Positions 21,225 through 31,300 of a DNA stretch of 64,000 nucleotides are shown here, piece after piece; position 1 is the stretch's first letter, and every line of letters begins with the position of its first letter. The translations under genes were made by a program, and so were the position numbers. The notes beneath the pieces were generated by a model that did not search any database, was not told the origin of the DNA, and was given only the letters and a program-made list of their open reading frames with translations. The DNA is from Candidatus Cloacimonadales bacterium (GTDB lineage Bacteria > Cloacimonadota > Cloacimonadia > Cloacimonadales > JAFGVF01), in the NCBI GenBank assembly GCA_963663475.2, contig CAXXJV010000001.1:640001-704000 (forward strand). The letters run 5' to 3'.

Positions 21225-24200
21225 ATGAAAAAATTTATTTTGTTGTTTTCCTTGCTTATGACCATTAGTATGGTGATGGCAGTTCAGGAAAACTTAATGG
21301 ATTTACACCAAAACTCTATTACTTTACAGAATAGTAATGATTATGGTGTAGATATCGCTTATGAACTTGGAAACATAGAGATTAAGACTAATAATACTCG
21401 TGGTGGAGAATATGCAGAGATTTTTGCAAAGGACTATTCTTTAACTAAAGATGAGGGTTTACCTCAATTACCATACAGTCAGAAAATCATCTCAGTTCCA
21501 CTTGGTGCAAGTGTTGAAGCTTCTATTGAAGTTAATTCAGCAAGTAGTTTAAACCTAGTCAGAAGAGGTTTTAATCAAGCAATTATTCCTGCTCAACCAT
21601 CTGTGGCTAAGTGTGAAAATATCGAAGATATGCCTTTTATCAAAAATGAACAAATATATAATGCAGATAAAGCTTTTAAATACCAACCAGTAAGTGTTAA
21701 AGAAATTGGTATTTTGAGAGGAATGAGACTTTTTGAAGTTAACTTCTATCCAGTTGAATACAATCCAGTATCTGGAGACCTCCGTGTTATCAACTCTGCA
21801 GATGTTACTATTGAATTTGTCAATGGCGATATCTATGCTACTGAAGAATTAAAAGCTAAAACAAGATCCTTTATGTTTGAAGGTATTTATTCTCAAAACA
21901 TCTTCAACTATTACCCTTCAAGATCTTCTTTAGAAAACTACCCACTTGGCTACTTAATAATTACACCAAACCAATTTATGGATACTTTAGAACCATTCAT
22001 TACCTGGAAACAAGAACAAGGTTATGATGTAACTATTGGTATTACTGATAATATCGGTTCTTCTACAAGTGCAATTAAAAACTATATCCAAGGTATCTGG
22101 GACGCAGCTACTCCTAACAACCCTGCTCCTTCTTACTTATTAATAGTTGGTGATACTCCTCAAGTTCCAGCTTACGCTGGTTCAACAGATTCTGGTCATG
22201 TAACAGACCTTAATTATGTTAGATTAAACGGTACAGACTATCTTCCTGAAATGTATTTTGGAAGATTCTCAGCAACAACAGTTGCCCAGTTAACCCCTCA
22301 AGTTAATAAAACTTTAACCTATCAAAAATATGAAATGTCCGACCCTTCTTACCTTGAAAGAGCAACTCTTATTGCCGGTGTAGATGGTTACTGGGCTAAT
22401 ACTCATGGTAATGGTACCATTAACTATGGTAGCGATAACTATTTCAACGAAGAACATGATATAGATGTTACTACTTATTACTATCCTCAATCAGGTTCTT
22501 CTGCTGCAAGTATCGTAGCAGATGCAAGTGCTGGTTTAGGTTATTTAAATTATACTGCTCATGGTTCTGAAACTTCATGGTCAGACCCTAGTTTTACCAT
22601 TTCAAATATTAATAGTCTCCAAAACTCAGGTAAATATCCTGTTGTTGTAGGAAACTGCTGTTTAACAAATCACTTCAATACAGGTACATGTTTCGGTGAA
22701 GCTTGGTTAAGAGCTACTAACGGTGCAGTTATCTATATTGGTGGAACAAACTCAACCTACTGGGATGAAGACTACTGGTGGTCTGTTGGTCACTTCACTC
22801 CTACTTCAACATCTAACCCAACTTATGCTGGATCTGGACTAGGTATGTACGATGCCCTCTTCCATGAACATAATGAAGCTTTTGAAGACTGGGCTCATAC
22901 TGCAGGTTCTATGGTATTCACAGGTAATATGGCTGTCCAATCCTCAGCTTCAACTAGAAAAAATTATTACTGGGAAATCTACTCAATTATGGGTGACCCT
23001 TCTTTAATGCCTTATATTGGTGTTCCTCAAGCTCAAACTGTTGATTACTCTAACACTATGCTTGTTGGCATGACTTCTCTTAATATCACAGCAGCTCCTT
23101 ATAGCTATGCTGCTCTTTCTAAAGAAGGCCAGCTTCTTGGAACAGTCTTAACAGACGGTACAGGAAATGGTACAATCAACTTTGAAGCACTTAACCTTCC
23201 TGGTAATGTTAAATTAGTTGTGTCTCACACTGACTACCAACCATTTATCACAGATATTGAAGTTGTACCAGCAGAAGGTCCTTTCCTTGTTATTGATAAC
23301 CAACAAATTACTGGAAACATTGCAGCAGGTCAAAACCTCGACATGGCTCTTACTATTGGAAATGTTGGTGTTGAAGCTGTAGCAAATGTTGATGTTACTC
23401 TTACAAGTCTTGATGCTAATGCTACTATTACTAATGCCAATACTACTATAGCTAATATCGATGCAAATAGCACTAGTCAATTAGCTTCTGCTTTTGAAAT
23501 AACACTTGCTAATGGTATCAACCAAGGCGACAATATTGCCTTTAATTTACTCCTTGAATCAGCTGACGAAAGCTGGGAATATGAAATAATGCTAACTGCT
23601 GTTGGACCACATTTTATTATCACTGAAGTTGAAGTAAACGATGGTGATAACAACTTACTTGATCCTAACGAGACTGCTCAACTTTTAATCAGCTTCCAAA
23701 ATAATGGTAATTTTGTAGCTAATACTAGTGTAGCAAGTTTAATCTCAGCAACACCTGGCATAACTATTGCTGATCCAAACATTGCATTAGGAGATATTGC
23801 TGCTAATGCTAACGGTCAATTCACTGTTACTGTTGAAACATCTGCTTATATGGAAACTGGAACTATTGCAAACTTCACTACTAATTTCACTAGTGAATAT
23901 AACGTTATCTCTTCAGATAACTTTGAGCTATCTGTTGGTTTACTCTTTGAAGACTTTGAATCTGGTGACTTTGCATCAGACTTCAACTGGAATACTCCTG
24001 GTTGGTCTGTTGTAAGTAACGAAGCTCATGAAGGTTCTCACTCTGCTAAATCAAATACTATTAACCACAGCCAATCAGCTTCTATGACTGTTCAAATGGA
24101 TGATGTAACTGCAGGTCAAATAAGCTTCTGGGTAAAAGTATCTTCAGAAAGTGGCTATGATGAATTAACTTTCTATATTGATAATGCTGCCCAAGATTCT

Positions 24201-24992
24201 TGGAGTGGTACTGTTAACTGGCAAGAAGTATCTTACAATGTTACTGATGGTAACCATACCTTTAAGTGGGAATATAGCAAAGACTATAGTGTAAGTGAAG
24301 GTGATGATTGTGCTTGGATTGACTATATTGTCTTCCCTACCGCTACAAGTGAAGTTGGCGATCCTGTGATAGCTCTTGATATGACAGAATATGACTTTGG
24401 TGCTGTTGCAAGTGGTCAAACTCAATTCACCATCTCCAACTCTGGCCAAGGTATCTTAGCTGGTCAAATTTCACTTAATAGTCAAAGCGTATTCTCAATA
24501 AGCTTAGAAGACCAAGAAGCTAACAACCAGCTTAATTACTCTCTTGATCCTGAAGCAGAATTGCAAGTAACTCTTCACTTCAATCCTATTGCTAATGTTG
24601 AATACTCTGATAATGTCATTATTACTTCAAATGATCCACAACAGGAACAAGTTGTAATTAATGTTTACGGAACAGGTCAAGGTGTATCTAATGATGACGA
24701 AAACCTTATTCCACAAATAACAGAACTTCAAGGAAACTACCCTAATCCATTTAACCCTCAAACTGCTATTAAATATGCAGTTAAGCAAGATGGAAACGTT
24801 TCCCTTAAAATATTTAATTTAAAAGGCCAGCTTGTTAAAACTCTTGTTAATGATGATGTTAAAGCTGGATTCCATAGTATTGTCTGGGATGGCAAAAATA
24901 ATTTTGGAACAGATGTTGCAACAGGTATATACTTGTATCGTCTAGAAACCAAAACATATAACCAAACCAAAAAGATGATGCTGATGAAATAA
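21225..24992 (+). CDS. Gingipain-like C25 cysteine protease (propeptide, catalytic, Ig-like domains, C-terminal sorting domain)
   Basis: GLPQLP propeptide; YLLIVGD, GRFSA, catalytic YTAHGSETSW and GNCC, MGDPSL; NYPNPFNP...TGIYLYRL C-terminus. Confidence 0.93.
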   Translation: MKKFILLFSLLMTISMVMAVQENLMDLHQNSITLQNSNDYGVDIAYELGNIEIKTNNTRGGEYAEIFAKDYSLTKDEGLPQLPYSQKIISVPLGASVEASIEVNSASSLNLVRRGFNQAIIPAQPSVAKCENIEDMPFIKNEQIYNADKAFKYQPVSVKEIGILRGMRLFEVNFYPVEYNPVSGDLRVINSADVTIEFVNGDIYATEELKAKTRSFMFEGIYSQNIFNYYPSRSSLENYPLGYLIITPNQFMDTLEPFITWKQEQGYDVTIGITDNIGSSTSAIKNYIQGIWDAATPNNPAPSYLLIVGDTPQVPAYAGSTDSGHVTDLNYVRLNGTDYLPEMYFGRFSATTVAQLTPQVNKTLTYQKYEMSDPSYLERATLIAGVDGYWANTHGNGTINYGSDNYFNEEHDIDVTTYYYPQSGSSAASIVADASAGLGYLNYTAHGSETSWSDPSFTISNINSLQNSGKYPVVVGNCCLTNHFNTGTCFGEAWLRATNGAVIYIGGTNSTYWDEDYWWSVGHFTPTSTSNPTYAGSGLGMYDALFHEHNEAFEDWAHTAGSMVFTGNMAVQSSASTRKNYYWEIYSIMGDPSLMPYIGVPQAQTVDYSNTMLVGMTSLNITAAPYSYAALSKEGQLLGTVLTDGTGNGTINFEALNLPGNVKLVVSHTDYQPFITDIEVVPAEGPFLVIDNQQITGNIAAGQNLDMALTIGNVGVEAVANVDVTLTSLDANATITNANTTIANIDANSTSQLASAFEITLANGINQGDNIAFNLLLESADESWEYEIMLTAVGPHFIITEVEVNDGDNNLLDPNETAQLLISFQNNGNFVANTSVASLISATPGITIADPNIALGDIAANANGQFTVTVETSAYMETGTIANFTTNFTSEYNVISSDNFELSVGLLFEDFESGDFASDFNWNTPGWSVVSNEAHEGSHSAKSNTINHSQSASMTVQMDDVTAGQISFWVKVSSESGYDELTFYIDNAAQDSWSGTVNWQEVSYNVTDGNHTFKWEYSKDYSVSEGDDCAWIDYIVFPTATSEVGDPVIALDMTEYDFGAVASGQTQFTISNSGQGILAGQISLNSQSVFSISLEDQEANNQLNYSLDPEAELQVTLHFNPIANVEYSDNVIITSNDPQQEQVVINVYGTGQGVSNDDENLIPQITELQGNYPNPFNPQTAIKYAVKQDGNVSLKIFNLKGQLVKTLVNDDVKAGFHSIVWDGKNNFGTDVATGIYLYRLETKTYNQTKKMMLMK
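24904..24920 (+). promoter_or_regulatory. Putative internal sigma-54 (-24/-12) promoter
   Basis: TTGGAACAGATGTTGCA = GG-N10-GC inside the C25 CDS. Confidence 0.45.
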
Positions 24993-25048
24993 CCTCCTTG
25001 TATGCTAGCAGATAAAGGTTGGGCTCCCCGCCCAACCTTTCTGCATTT
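24935..25048 (+). repeat. 114-bp direct repeat, copy 1 (C25 3' end plus terminator)
   Basis: Matches 25921-26034 with one visible mismatch (GATAAAGG vs GACAAAGG). Confidence 0.95.
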
Positions 25049-25050
25049 TA
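25008..25050 (+). terminator. Terminator hairpin after the C25 gene
   Basis: GCAGA.AAAGGTTGGGC-TCCCC-GCCCAACCTTT.CTGC followed by ATTTT. Confidence 0.8.
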
Positions 25051-25102
25051 AGAACTTTCTTTTTTATCCCTTGCAGGTATTTTATGTAACTTCATTAATT
25101 TT

Positions 25103-25333
25103 GGCTCAAGTTCAAGCCTGGTGGGAATATATAGGAAAATGAGAATATTTCATTACTATATTGATTCATCAAAAATCCCTGAAAGGGATAAAATAATTTA
25201 GCCCAAGGTAAGATGCTGAAAGTATCGCAAGCCTGGGTAATGATGGTTGTCCCAAAGATATTACCCTGTAAGGGTTTAATAAAATGATAAATAATGTAAG
25301 TCTCTTATTTACCACCAGACTTGAACAAGAGCC
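25103..25333. mobile_element. MITE-like element of the GCTCAAGTTCAAG family
   Basis: Ends GGCTCAAGTTCAAGCCTGGTGG / CCACCAGACTTGAACAAGAGCC; body matches ~7958-8150 and ~30001-30170. Confidence 0.75.
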
Positions 25334-25890
25334 TTAATTTTTGATCCATATCTTAGTGTAATTAGTGTAATCCGTGGATAGACTATTTCTTTTTACACAG
25401 TCTGGCCCGCCTTCCCAGTTAGAGCCGTCAGGCGGGGAGAGTAAACATTCCCCTTTCAGCTCCTTGTCAGTGAAACCAGTTAAAGCTGAAAGCGAAAACT
25501 CTCTTCTTGCATCTTAATACTTATTTTCCTGCAACAATCATTATTTTATAAATATTTATATATGTGCAAAATTTACCATACAGTCACGTTGTAAAAGTTG
25601 ATAAATAGCTACTTTTTCATAAAGACTGTCTTATGTCTAATATCATGACTTGAACTTTTCTGTTAAACAGGAGCTTTTCATCCCTTAACTCTTGTATATA
25701 CTGTTTACACATTCTTAATTATTGTCCGTAACAGTGTAGACATTTCTTTAAAAAAGGTAAAAAGTGTAAATTTTCTTACTAGTTATGCTTATTTGTGAGC
25801 TTTCTTTTTTCTAAGGCTAACTTACTAATAGTCTGATATTTATTAAGTATTTTAAAATTATTTTTAACTTTTTTTTGAAATTTAATTTGT

Positions 25891-25907
25891 TTGGAACACC
25901 TATTGCA
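25891..25907 (+). promoter_or_regulatory. Putative sigma-54 promoter
   Basis: TTGGAACACCTATTGCA, GG-N10-GC; AT-rich upstream tract. Confidence 0.6.
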
Positions 25908-25917
25908 TTATTATATA

Positions 25918-26034
25918 AGCGTATCGTCTAGAAACCAAAACATATAACCAAACCAAAAAGATGATGCTGATGAAATAACCTCCTTGTATGCTAGCAGACA
26001 AAGGTTGGGCTCCCCGCCCAACCTTTCTGCATTT
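25918..26034 (+). ncRNA. Candidate sRNA (stand-alone copy of the C25 3'-end segment)
   Basis: Begins ~12 nt after the -12 GC; contains ACCTCCTT; ends in a terminator hairpin; in-frame TAA directly upstream excludes a CDS. Confidence 0.45.
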
Positions 26035-26044
26035 ATAGACTATT

Positions 26045-26740
26045 TTATTTTTCCCAATACTTATCTTGAGGGTATTTTTCTTTTAATTCTTTTGCCAACT
26101 TCTTATATTCTTTCTTCATCTTATTAGCCTGCAAAATCTCTAACTTAAGGAAATTCTCCTCATGGGAAGAAAACTCTTCCTCTGGATCTTCAATATCTTT
26201 TCCCTTGTAAAACATAGCTGTTTCAAAGGTTTTTAAAGCTTCTTTATTTTTCTTTAGCTTCAACTGAGCTCTTGCTAACCACATGTAAGCATCATAATGT
26301 TCTTCTCTTGTTTCAATTGCTTTAGTAAAAGCTTCTTCCGCCTTAACCCAATTTCCTAACTTATAATATACTTCACCCTTATGTCTCCAAGGACAAGACC
26401 AGTTAGCAAATTTATCATTCAAGTAATTATAATGAGGTAGAGATTCCTCAAGTCTTCCTATTGTTAAATAGATATTAGCTAACTGAAACCTTTGGGCAGC
26501 TTGTAAATCGTCTGCAATTTCCTCAAGTTTAGCCAGTGTTTTATTCATCTCTGAATAATGAACCATGAGTAAGTTATAGTTGCTACTAGCCAGGTCTTTA
26601 GAGCTATTTGCATCTTCTAAAACAGCCTTTAGATTTTCAAAACTAGCATCTTCAAAGTAAGACGTTAAGAGATCTTGACTAGCCCCGAAGACAAGTCTAG
26701 TAGCCATCAAAACGATTAAAAGACAAAATACTTTTTTCAT
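26045..26740 (-). CDS. Secreted tetratricopeptide-repeat protein
   Basis: Signal peptide; TPR patterns (LANIY..GR.EE, KGEVYYKLG...AEEAF.KAI, AYMWLARAQ). Confidence 0.8.
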   Translation of the reverse strand: MKKVFCLLIVLMATRLVFGASQDLLTSYFEDASFENLKAVLEDANSSKDLASSNYNLLMVHYSEMNKTLAKLEEIADDLQAAQRFQLANIYLTIGRLEESLPHYNYLNDKFANWSCPWRHKGEVYYKLGNWVKAEEAFTKAIETREEHYDAYMWLARAQLKLKKNKEALKTFETAMFYKGKDIEDPEEEFSSHEENFLKLEILQANKMKKEYKKLAKELKEKYPQDKYWEK

Positions 26741-27185
26741 ACATTAATACTCCTATTTGATAATTAAAACCAAGAGATTACTTGGTTAAAAGCAATATTT
26801 AAGAAAAAGTATATATGTGTCAAATATTAAAAAGAACTATTAAGTTATGCAAGATTAACTCTTAGGATTTACTATAATTATTTGGGTTAAAGAGCATTAA
26901 GTAAAGAATCCATGTAAGAGAAGCTTGATTAGTTTTTAGAAGAATCTGCTATTAAGCATGTTTTTTATAAGCAAAAAACTGAAAACTATCTTATAAGGAA
27001 CTATTTTAGCAAAAGTTTTAGTAATTTAGCATATTTTATGCAATTATTGAAATCAGAATCAGTTTTTTGTATTTTTTGGTGAGAAATGAAGCTATTAACC
27101 CAAGTAGCACAGTAATCAGAAGCTATTACAACAAAAAGCTTGTCAAAAAAAAGCTATAGATTAATTTTAGTGTAGGGTAAACAAT

Positions 27186-28889
27186 ATGAATAAATTTAGA
27201 TTAATACTAATAATACTTATCAGCAATTGCTTAGGTCTTGTAGCTAGCGAGTGGACCATTCTTATTTATATGGCTGCAGATAATGGACTACATGACTATG
27301 CTTTAGAGGATATTGCCGAAATGGAACTTTCCTCCTTTAGTTCTCAAGCTAACATAATTGTAGAGATGGACGGGGATGCGAATAGCGATTTATCAGCAAG
27401 CTATAGATATAAAATTACGGAGAATCCCCAAGCTGGAATTCAATCTCCTATCATTGCAAATTTGGGAGAAAGAAATTCAGGTTCTTACTTAACTTTAAAG
27501 AATTTTGTAGAGTGGGGCTTTAACCGCTATAAGTCTTCAAAAAAAGCCTTAATTATCTGGTCTCATGGCAACGGCTGGGCAAAAGATAGACTAAATAAGG
27601 GTATTGCGCCTGATAACACCTCTCAAAGCTTTATAAGTATGTCAAATCATGAAATGCAAGCAGCCTTAAGTGAAATCGAGCTTGATCTTCTTATCTATGA
27701 TGCTTGTAATATGCAGACTATTGAAAATTTAATTGAGCTAGAGGGGAGAGCTGATTATATCATCGGTTCTGAAGCCACTGTTCCTTCCACTGGCCTACCT
27801 TATGGTCAGATTTTTGACTACTGGCAAGAAGCTACTGATATAGACTCCCTAGTTATAAATATTCCTAAAATATATGTTGAAGCCTATAGACCAGGCAATG
27901 TTTATAATTCTGGACCCTTTTTAAGAAGAGTTACTTCCTCTACTGCCAATATGTCTAAACTTTCCACTTTTAAAGAAGACCTTAATGCTTTTCTAACTAA
28001 GTGGAGTTCTGATCCAAGAGACTTTATCATTTCTAGAGAGGATCTAAATGAATTTGGTATCACTTCTACTGATGTTGATTTAAAAGAACTTCTAGATAAT
28101 TTATCTGATACTACTAGCAATAATGATTTGCAAGAAGATTGTCTGGACTTAAGCTCTAAATTAGACTCTCTTTTTATTAGTTATGACTCTTCCTCATTCG
28201 ATTATAAAGTAGGATCAGCTAGTATTTGGTTTCCCAAGTACTCCTGGCAATTTGCTAACAACTGGCAGATTTATAGAATGTTGCATTTTGCTCAAGGAGC
28301 TATAGGTAACTTTTTAAACAAGTTCTTAGCACCTGATGAAATCCCTCCCTTTCCTTTTGAAATTACTAAGTCACAGGTAATTAACGAGACAATCTATTTA
28401 GAATGGGAAAATCATCTTGATCCTGACCCTCTAAACTACCAAATTACTTTTGACTTTAATGATGGCACTAGTCAGATAATTAATCTGGAAAACTTAGGCA
28501 GCTACCAGACAAGTGTTAAAGAGAATGGTCAAGTCTATATTCTAGCCCAAGATGCAGCAGGAAACCAGACAAAATCCTCTGTCTTAGATTTTGAAATTGG
28601 AAGCGACTACGGTAAGCTTTATCTAGCTCCCAACCCCATAAGAAAAGATAATGAAGGTAAAATAATATTCTATGCTGAGAATAGCGGGGGTAAAAAGGCT
28701 GAAATAAGCTTATTTTCCCTAAGTGGTAAAGTTATATCAAAAGCTAAAATTAACTTGCCTGAGGGGATAAATGAGCATAAGATTGACCTCTCTGATATTA
28801 TTAAGGTAAAATTATCATCAGGAATTTACTTGTGCAGCTTAAAGATTGAAAATAAGTACTATAAAACAAAATTCGCTGTGGAATATTAA
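27186..28889 (+). CDS. Clostripain (C11) family cysteine peptidase with C-terminal sorting domain
   Basis: WTILIYMAADN.L, WSHGNGW, YDACNM, GSE; APNP...SGIY C-terminus. Confidence 0.9.
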   Translation: MNKFRLILIILISNCLGLVASEWTILIYMAADNGLHDYALEDIAEMELSSFSSQANIIVEMDGDANSDLSASYRYKITENPQAGIQSPIIANLGERNSGSYLTLKNFVEWGFNRYKSSKKALIIWSHGNGWAKDRLNKGIAPDNTSQSFISMSNHEMQAALSEIELDLLIYDACNMQTIENLIELEGRADYIIGSEATVPSTGLPYGQIFDYWQEATDIDSLVINIPKIYVEAYRPGNVYNSGPFLRRVTSSTANMSKLSTFKEDLNAFLTKWSSDPRDFIISREDLNEFGITSTDVDLKELLDNLSDTTSNNDLQEDCLDLSSKLDSLFISYDSSSFDYKVGSASIWFPKYSWQFANNWQIYRMLHFAQGAIGNFLNKFLAPDEIPPFPFEITKSQVINETIYLEWENHLDPDPLNYQITFDFNDGTSQIINLENLGSYQTSVKENGQVYILAQDAAGNQTKSSVLDFEIGSDYGKLYLAPNPIRKDNEGKIIFYAENSGGKKAEISLFSLSGKVISKAKINLPEGINEHKIDLSDIIKVKLSSGIYLCSLKIENKYYKTKFAVEY

Positions 28890-28984
28890 GTGTTAATTAA
28901 TTCTTACTTGAGATTTAATATTTATTAAACTAATTTTACTTTACTTTTGATAGTAACAATATGATAAATAAGCTCTTAAGTATT

Positions 28985-29220
28985 TGTGGACAAAATTCCA
29001 TAAGCTAAATGTGGAAAAGATTTGTTAATTTTTAGCTAAATTATTATTAAAACAATCAAATAGGTTAGATCAAGTCTATGTGTATAAGTAGTGGATAAGT
29101 ACTTGCATAAATCAACATATTGTTCCTTATTTATATGTCTATTAATATGATAGACATATTGTGGATAATGTGTATATTAAGGATAAGTAGTAGTTAATCC
29201 TGGATGAAAATTGGGTATAA
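28985..29220. promoter_or_regulatory. DnaA-box cluster
   Basis: TGTGTATAA 29079, TGTGGATAA 29160, TGTGGAAAA 29010, AGTGGATAA 29090, TGTGGACAA 28985, TGTGTATAT 29169, TGGGTATAA 29212. Confidence 0.65.
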
Positions 29221-29304
29221 GTCATAAGGTACATAGAAAAGAGAAAGTGGTGGTAACTCACTGTTTCTGAGGCTAATTATTTCTTTTCTTTCTTTCCAAC
29301 CCAT

Positions 29305-31300
29305 CTTTACGCAGATGACAAGTAGTTACGGGATTGTCTCGAGGGATTCCAGCCCGCGGTTACGCTGAAGACAAGCGGTTACGGTGCCTATGGAGTGGAA
29401 GCATCCTTGCTTGCACACACATTATTCTGAGACAAGAGATGGTCTCAGTCCATAGTTTTTATAACTCGTGATTACGCAGAAGACAAGCGGTTACGGATTG
29501 GGTCGCGGGATTCCAGCCCGCGGTTACGCAGATAATAAAGTGGTAACGGTGCCTAAGGAGTGGAAGCATCCTTGCTTGCACACACATTATTCTGAGACCA
29601 GGGATGGTCTCAGTCCATAGTTTTTTTCTAGCCCGCGGTTGCGAAGGTATCATGCTGTTACCAGGCTTGGCATCTACTATCAGATGGTGGACTGCTTGTC
29701 CGTCACATTATTTTTTGTTAGTTTTTTCCTATTATCCCACTATTTGGGATTATCTTCACTCATCTTTGTAGCAAGTCTATAATTTATCTCAAATCAACAG
29801 AAAAATCGCCTATTCATCCATGTACCTTCCTTTACAGTCTTTCGATGAAACACGGACTTTCATCGAAAGACTGTAAAGGAAGGTACATGGATGACAAGAG
29901 AAAACAACCAGCCATCAAAGAAATGAAAATTTAGAAAAACTAAAAAAAATGAGTCTTCACAAGAGCCAGAAGACCTTTAATAATAAAAATTCTGGATCTA
30001 GTTCAAGTCTGGTGGAAATAATATAGGAAAATTAGAATATTTCATTACTATATTGATTCATCAAAAATCCCTGAAAGGGATAAAATAATTTAGTCCAGGG
30101 TTAGATGCTGAAAGTATCGCAACCCTGGGTAATTATGTATCTAAAAAAGTTTAATCCTGTAATGGTTTGATAAACATTGACTCCTTTCATATTATCTCCT
30201 AGAATTTTCTATTTTTTATCTAGGAAAGTGTACCAGTTTAAACTGCCATCTTCACCATAAGCCCTGTAACCACTTGTCTTCTGCGTAAACGCGGGCTGGA
30301 ATCCCGCGACCCATTCCCGTAACCGCTTGGCATCTACGTAACCGCGGGCTGGAATCCCGCGACCCAAGCCCATAACCACTTTATTATCTGCATAACCGCG
30401 GGCTGGAATCCCGCGACCCAAGCCCATAACCACTTGTAATCTGCATAAACGCGGGCTAGAATCCCGCGACCCAAGCCCGTAACCACTTTATTATCTGCGT
30501 AAACGCGGGCTGGAATCACGCGACCCAATCCCATAACCACTTTATTATCTGCGTAAACGCGGGCTGGAATCCCGCGACCCATTCCCGTAACCGCTTGGCA
30601 TCTACGTAACCGAGGGCTAGAATCCCGCGACCCAATTCCATAACCACTTGTAATCTGGGTAAACGAGGGCTAGAATCCCACGACCCAAGCCCGTAACCAC
30701 TTTATTATCTGCGTAAACGAGGGCTGGAATCCCACGACCCGAAGACGGGCAGGTTTTTGGCAAGGTAGATTTTTCCAAAAACTCTGTGTAACTCCTCTTT
30801 ACCTCGGTGAAACTCTGTGTTAAGGATAATTCTCTTTCGTCAATCCGTGGATAGACTTCTCTTGTAGGCAGTATTATACTGCCTACTGCGAGCAAGGATG
30901 CTCGCGTTCCCAGTTAGTCCCGCGTTCCCAGTAGTAAGTCCCGCACACAGTTAGAATCTTCTTTCTCTCCATCTCACTATCACCCTGTCTCTCCATCTCA
31001 CTATCACCCTGTTTCTCCATCACCCCTGCTTTGAGCCGAAAGGCGAAAATCCTCTTATTCGTGAAATTCGTTTTAATTCGAGTTAATTCGTGTAAAGAAT
31101 CTTCCTTCTTAAAACTCTGTGAACTCTGTGGAAACCTCTGTGAACTCTGTGTTAAGGTTCTTAAAAAATCCGTGAAATCCGTGAAATCCGTGGATAGACT
31201 TCTTTTGTAGGCAGTATAATACTGCCTACTGCGGGCAAGGATGCCCGCCTTCCCAGTTAGTCCCGCGACCCAAATATGGGCAGAATATAGCTTGCTTTCA
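29305..31300. repeat. Large REP-like mosaic
   Basis: Contains CGCGGG-ATTCCAG-CCCGCG units, a 37-bp-stem hairpin (29814-29894), GCGGGCA/TGCCCGC and GTAGGCAG/CTGCCTAC palindromes and CTCTGTG and ATTCG arms; ~29555-29990 is duplicated at ~54141-54575. Confidence 0.9.
30265..30740 (-). repeat. 53-54-bp tandem array, about 9 units
   Basis: GGGTCGCGGGATTCCAGCCCGCG(G/T)TTACGCAGAT(AATAAAG|TACAAG)YGGTTAYGGG repeated on the minus strand. Confidence 0.92.

Noticed and set aside
25049-25920. Integrated element between attL/attR-like 114-bp repeats
   Set aside because: No integrase or cargo gene, and conservation of the -24/-12 boxes fits a duplicated transcription unit better; not fully excluded
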